Assembly (NCBI GenBank): GCA_950097015.1 | Contig: CATNEN010000039.1 | Coordinates: 5,394,001 to 5,458,000, forward strand | Direction of reading: 5' to 3' | Origin: Macrostomum hystrix | Taxonomy: Eukaryota > Animalia > Platyhelminthes | Length of the DNA: 64,000 nucleotides | Shown here: piece after piece, positions 62,872-64,000 of the stretch | Position numbering within the stretch: the first letter of the stretch is position 1 | Layout of the letters: every line of letters begins with the position of its first letter | Notes under the pieces: generated by a model | What the model saw: only the letters and a program-made list of their open reading frames with translations | Databases searched by the model: none | Told to the model about the DNA's origin: nothing | Program-made: the position numbers and the translations under genes

Positions 62872-64000
62872 GATATTTAGAGAAAGCGAGAGTTAAAATT
62901 TAGGAAAAACAGATAACGTTAAATGAGATGAAAGTTGGCTGACTCAGCTCACGGTATACCCACCGGCGGGGAAGTAGTCTAGCCGGTGGCCTGAGAAACT
63001 ATACACTCGTTGGGTGTGGCCGTCTCGTAGGCTCAATGTATTTTCACGCAGGGGGGCCGTAGACTAGTCAGTGCATCGCCGGCGATTGGCCGAATTGCCG
63101 AATTGCGAATGTAATGATTTAATCATGGGAATTGTGATAGTAACGCTACAGTCAAGGCTTAAGCGAAGAATTATTTTCTTTTTCTATTCAAATAAGTGAT
63201 TACAAAAACGAACGCAAAGAAAAGAAAGCATTTCGGCGCAACTCTGGGGTCATTTCATATATCCACGAAGCTCTCGATTGCTTCAAATTTTTAACAAATG
63301 TAAACTTAGATGATTTTTTGTTCCTTTAAGCTCTTGAAGAAAAAAATGACATTGTACTCTATATTCTGTAACAAATTTCATTAATCCTAATTTAGAATTG
63401 CTGTGTAAGAAACTGCAAATCAGCTGTTATCCTCTATTTTTGTGAACATTGCAATGATTGCTTCTTTCCTTCCAGTTCACGCATTATTTTTGCTCAGCGT
63501 TCTATATCATTATTTTAAGCTTTCCAAGACACTAATTGTGTGCTTTTAATCAAAGGCATACTTTGTTGGATGATTCATTTAGTACATTTACTCTTTCGCA
63601 TGTGGGGTCTGGGGTCTCCAGTGAAATTTCTGTTCTTCTAAGTTATTATCACTTGCAGTTAGTGTCTGCTAACTAACATACCGGCCACCTCTCCACTTTT
63701 GGCAGATTTTTTGAATAACATGTAGGGGCCTAGCTATGTAGGTATGTAGCTACCTAGTAGGCCCTAGCTAACAAATTGCAAGGATAGACACAGGCATAGG
63801 CCTCTATCCATAGTAGTCCCTACTACAGATAATAACATAACATAATGTCATGGAGTAGTAATTAACTGAAATATTAATGATACCATCATCTACTATCATG
63901 TAGCAATGATGCGATGCCTATTTAGATTAAATAAAGAAATAGTGAGTACAACATTTTTATAAACTTGTAGGTTATTAGCCTACTCTTACTACATATTTAT

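Overview
Eukaryotic (metazoan, intron-rich) genomic DNA. The repeat landscape and polyQ/polyA coding style resemble a Macrostomum-type flatworm, but that is inference only. There are two divergent protein-coding genes. (1) On the minus strand is the 5' part of a LAR/PTPRF/D/S-like receptor (signal peptide exon 8533-8380, Ig1 exon 4414-4097, Ig2 exon 3838-3665), which continues off the left edge. (2) On the plus strand is a complete 14-coding-exon polypyrimidine tract-binding protein (PTB/PTBP) gene, 44780-59564, about 733 aa. It keeps the 34-nt frameshifting RRM3 exon used for vertebrate PTBP autoregulation and has miR-124 seed sites in its 3' UTR. Between about 9 and 43 kb, some 23 different mini/microsatellite arrays alternate with unique spacers of strikingly similar length (mostly 0.4-0.7 kb). 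Also present are tRNA-derived SINEs, two non-autonomous DNA transposons with 8-bp TSDs (one nested in a SINE), a foldback-like inverted satellite pair, and two satellites that match a transposon terminus. Almost all long ORFs in the supplied track are translations of tandem repeats. Array boundaries are approximate; exon boundaries were read by hand.
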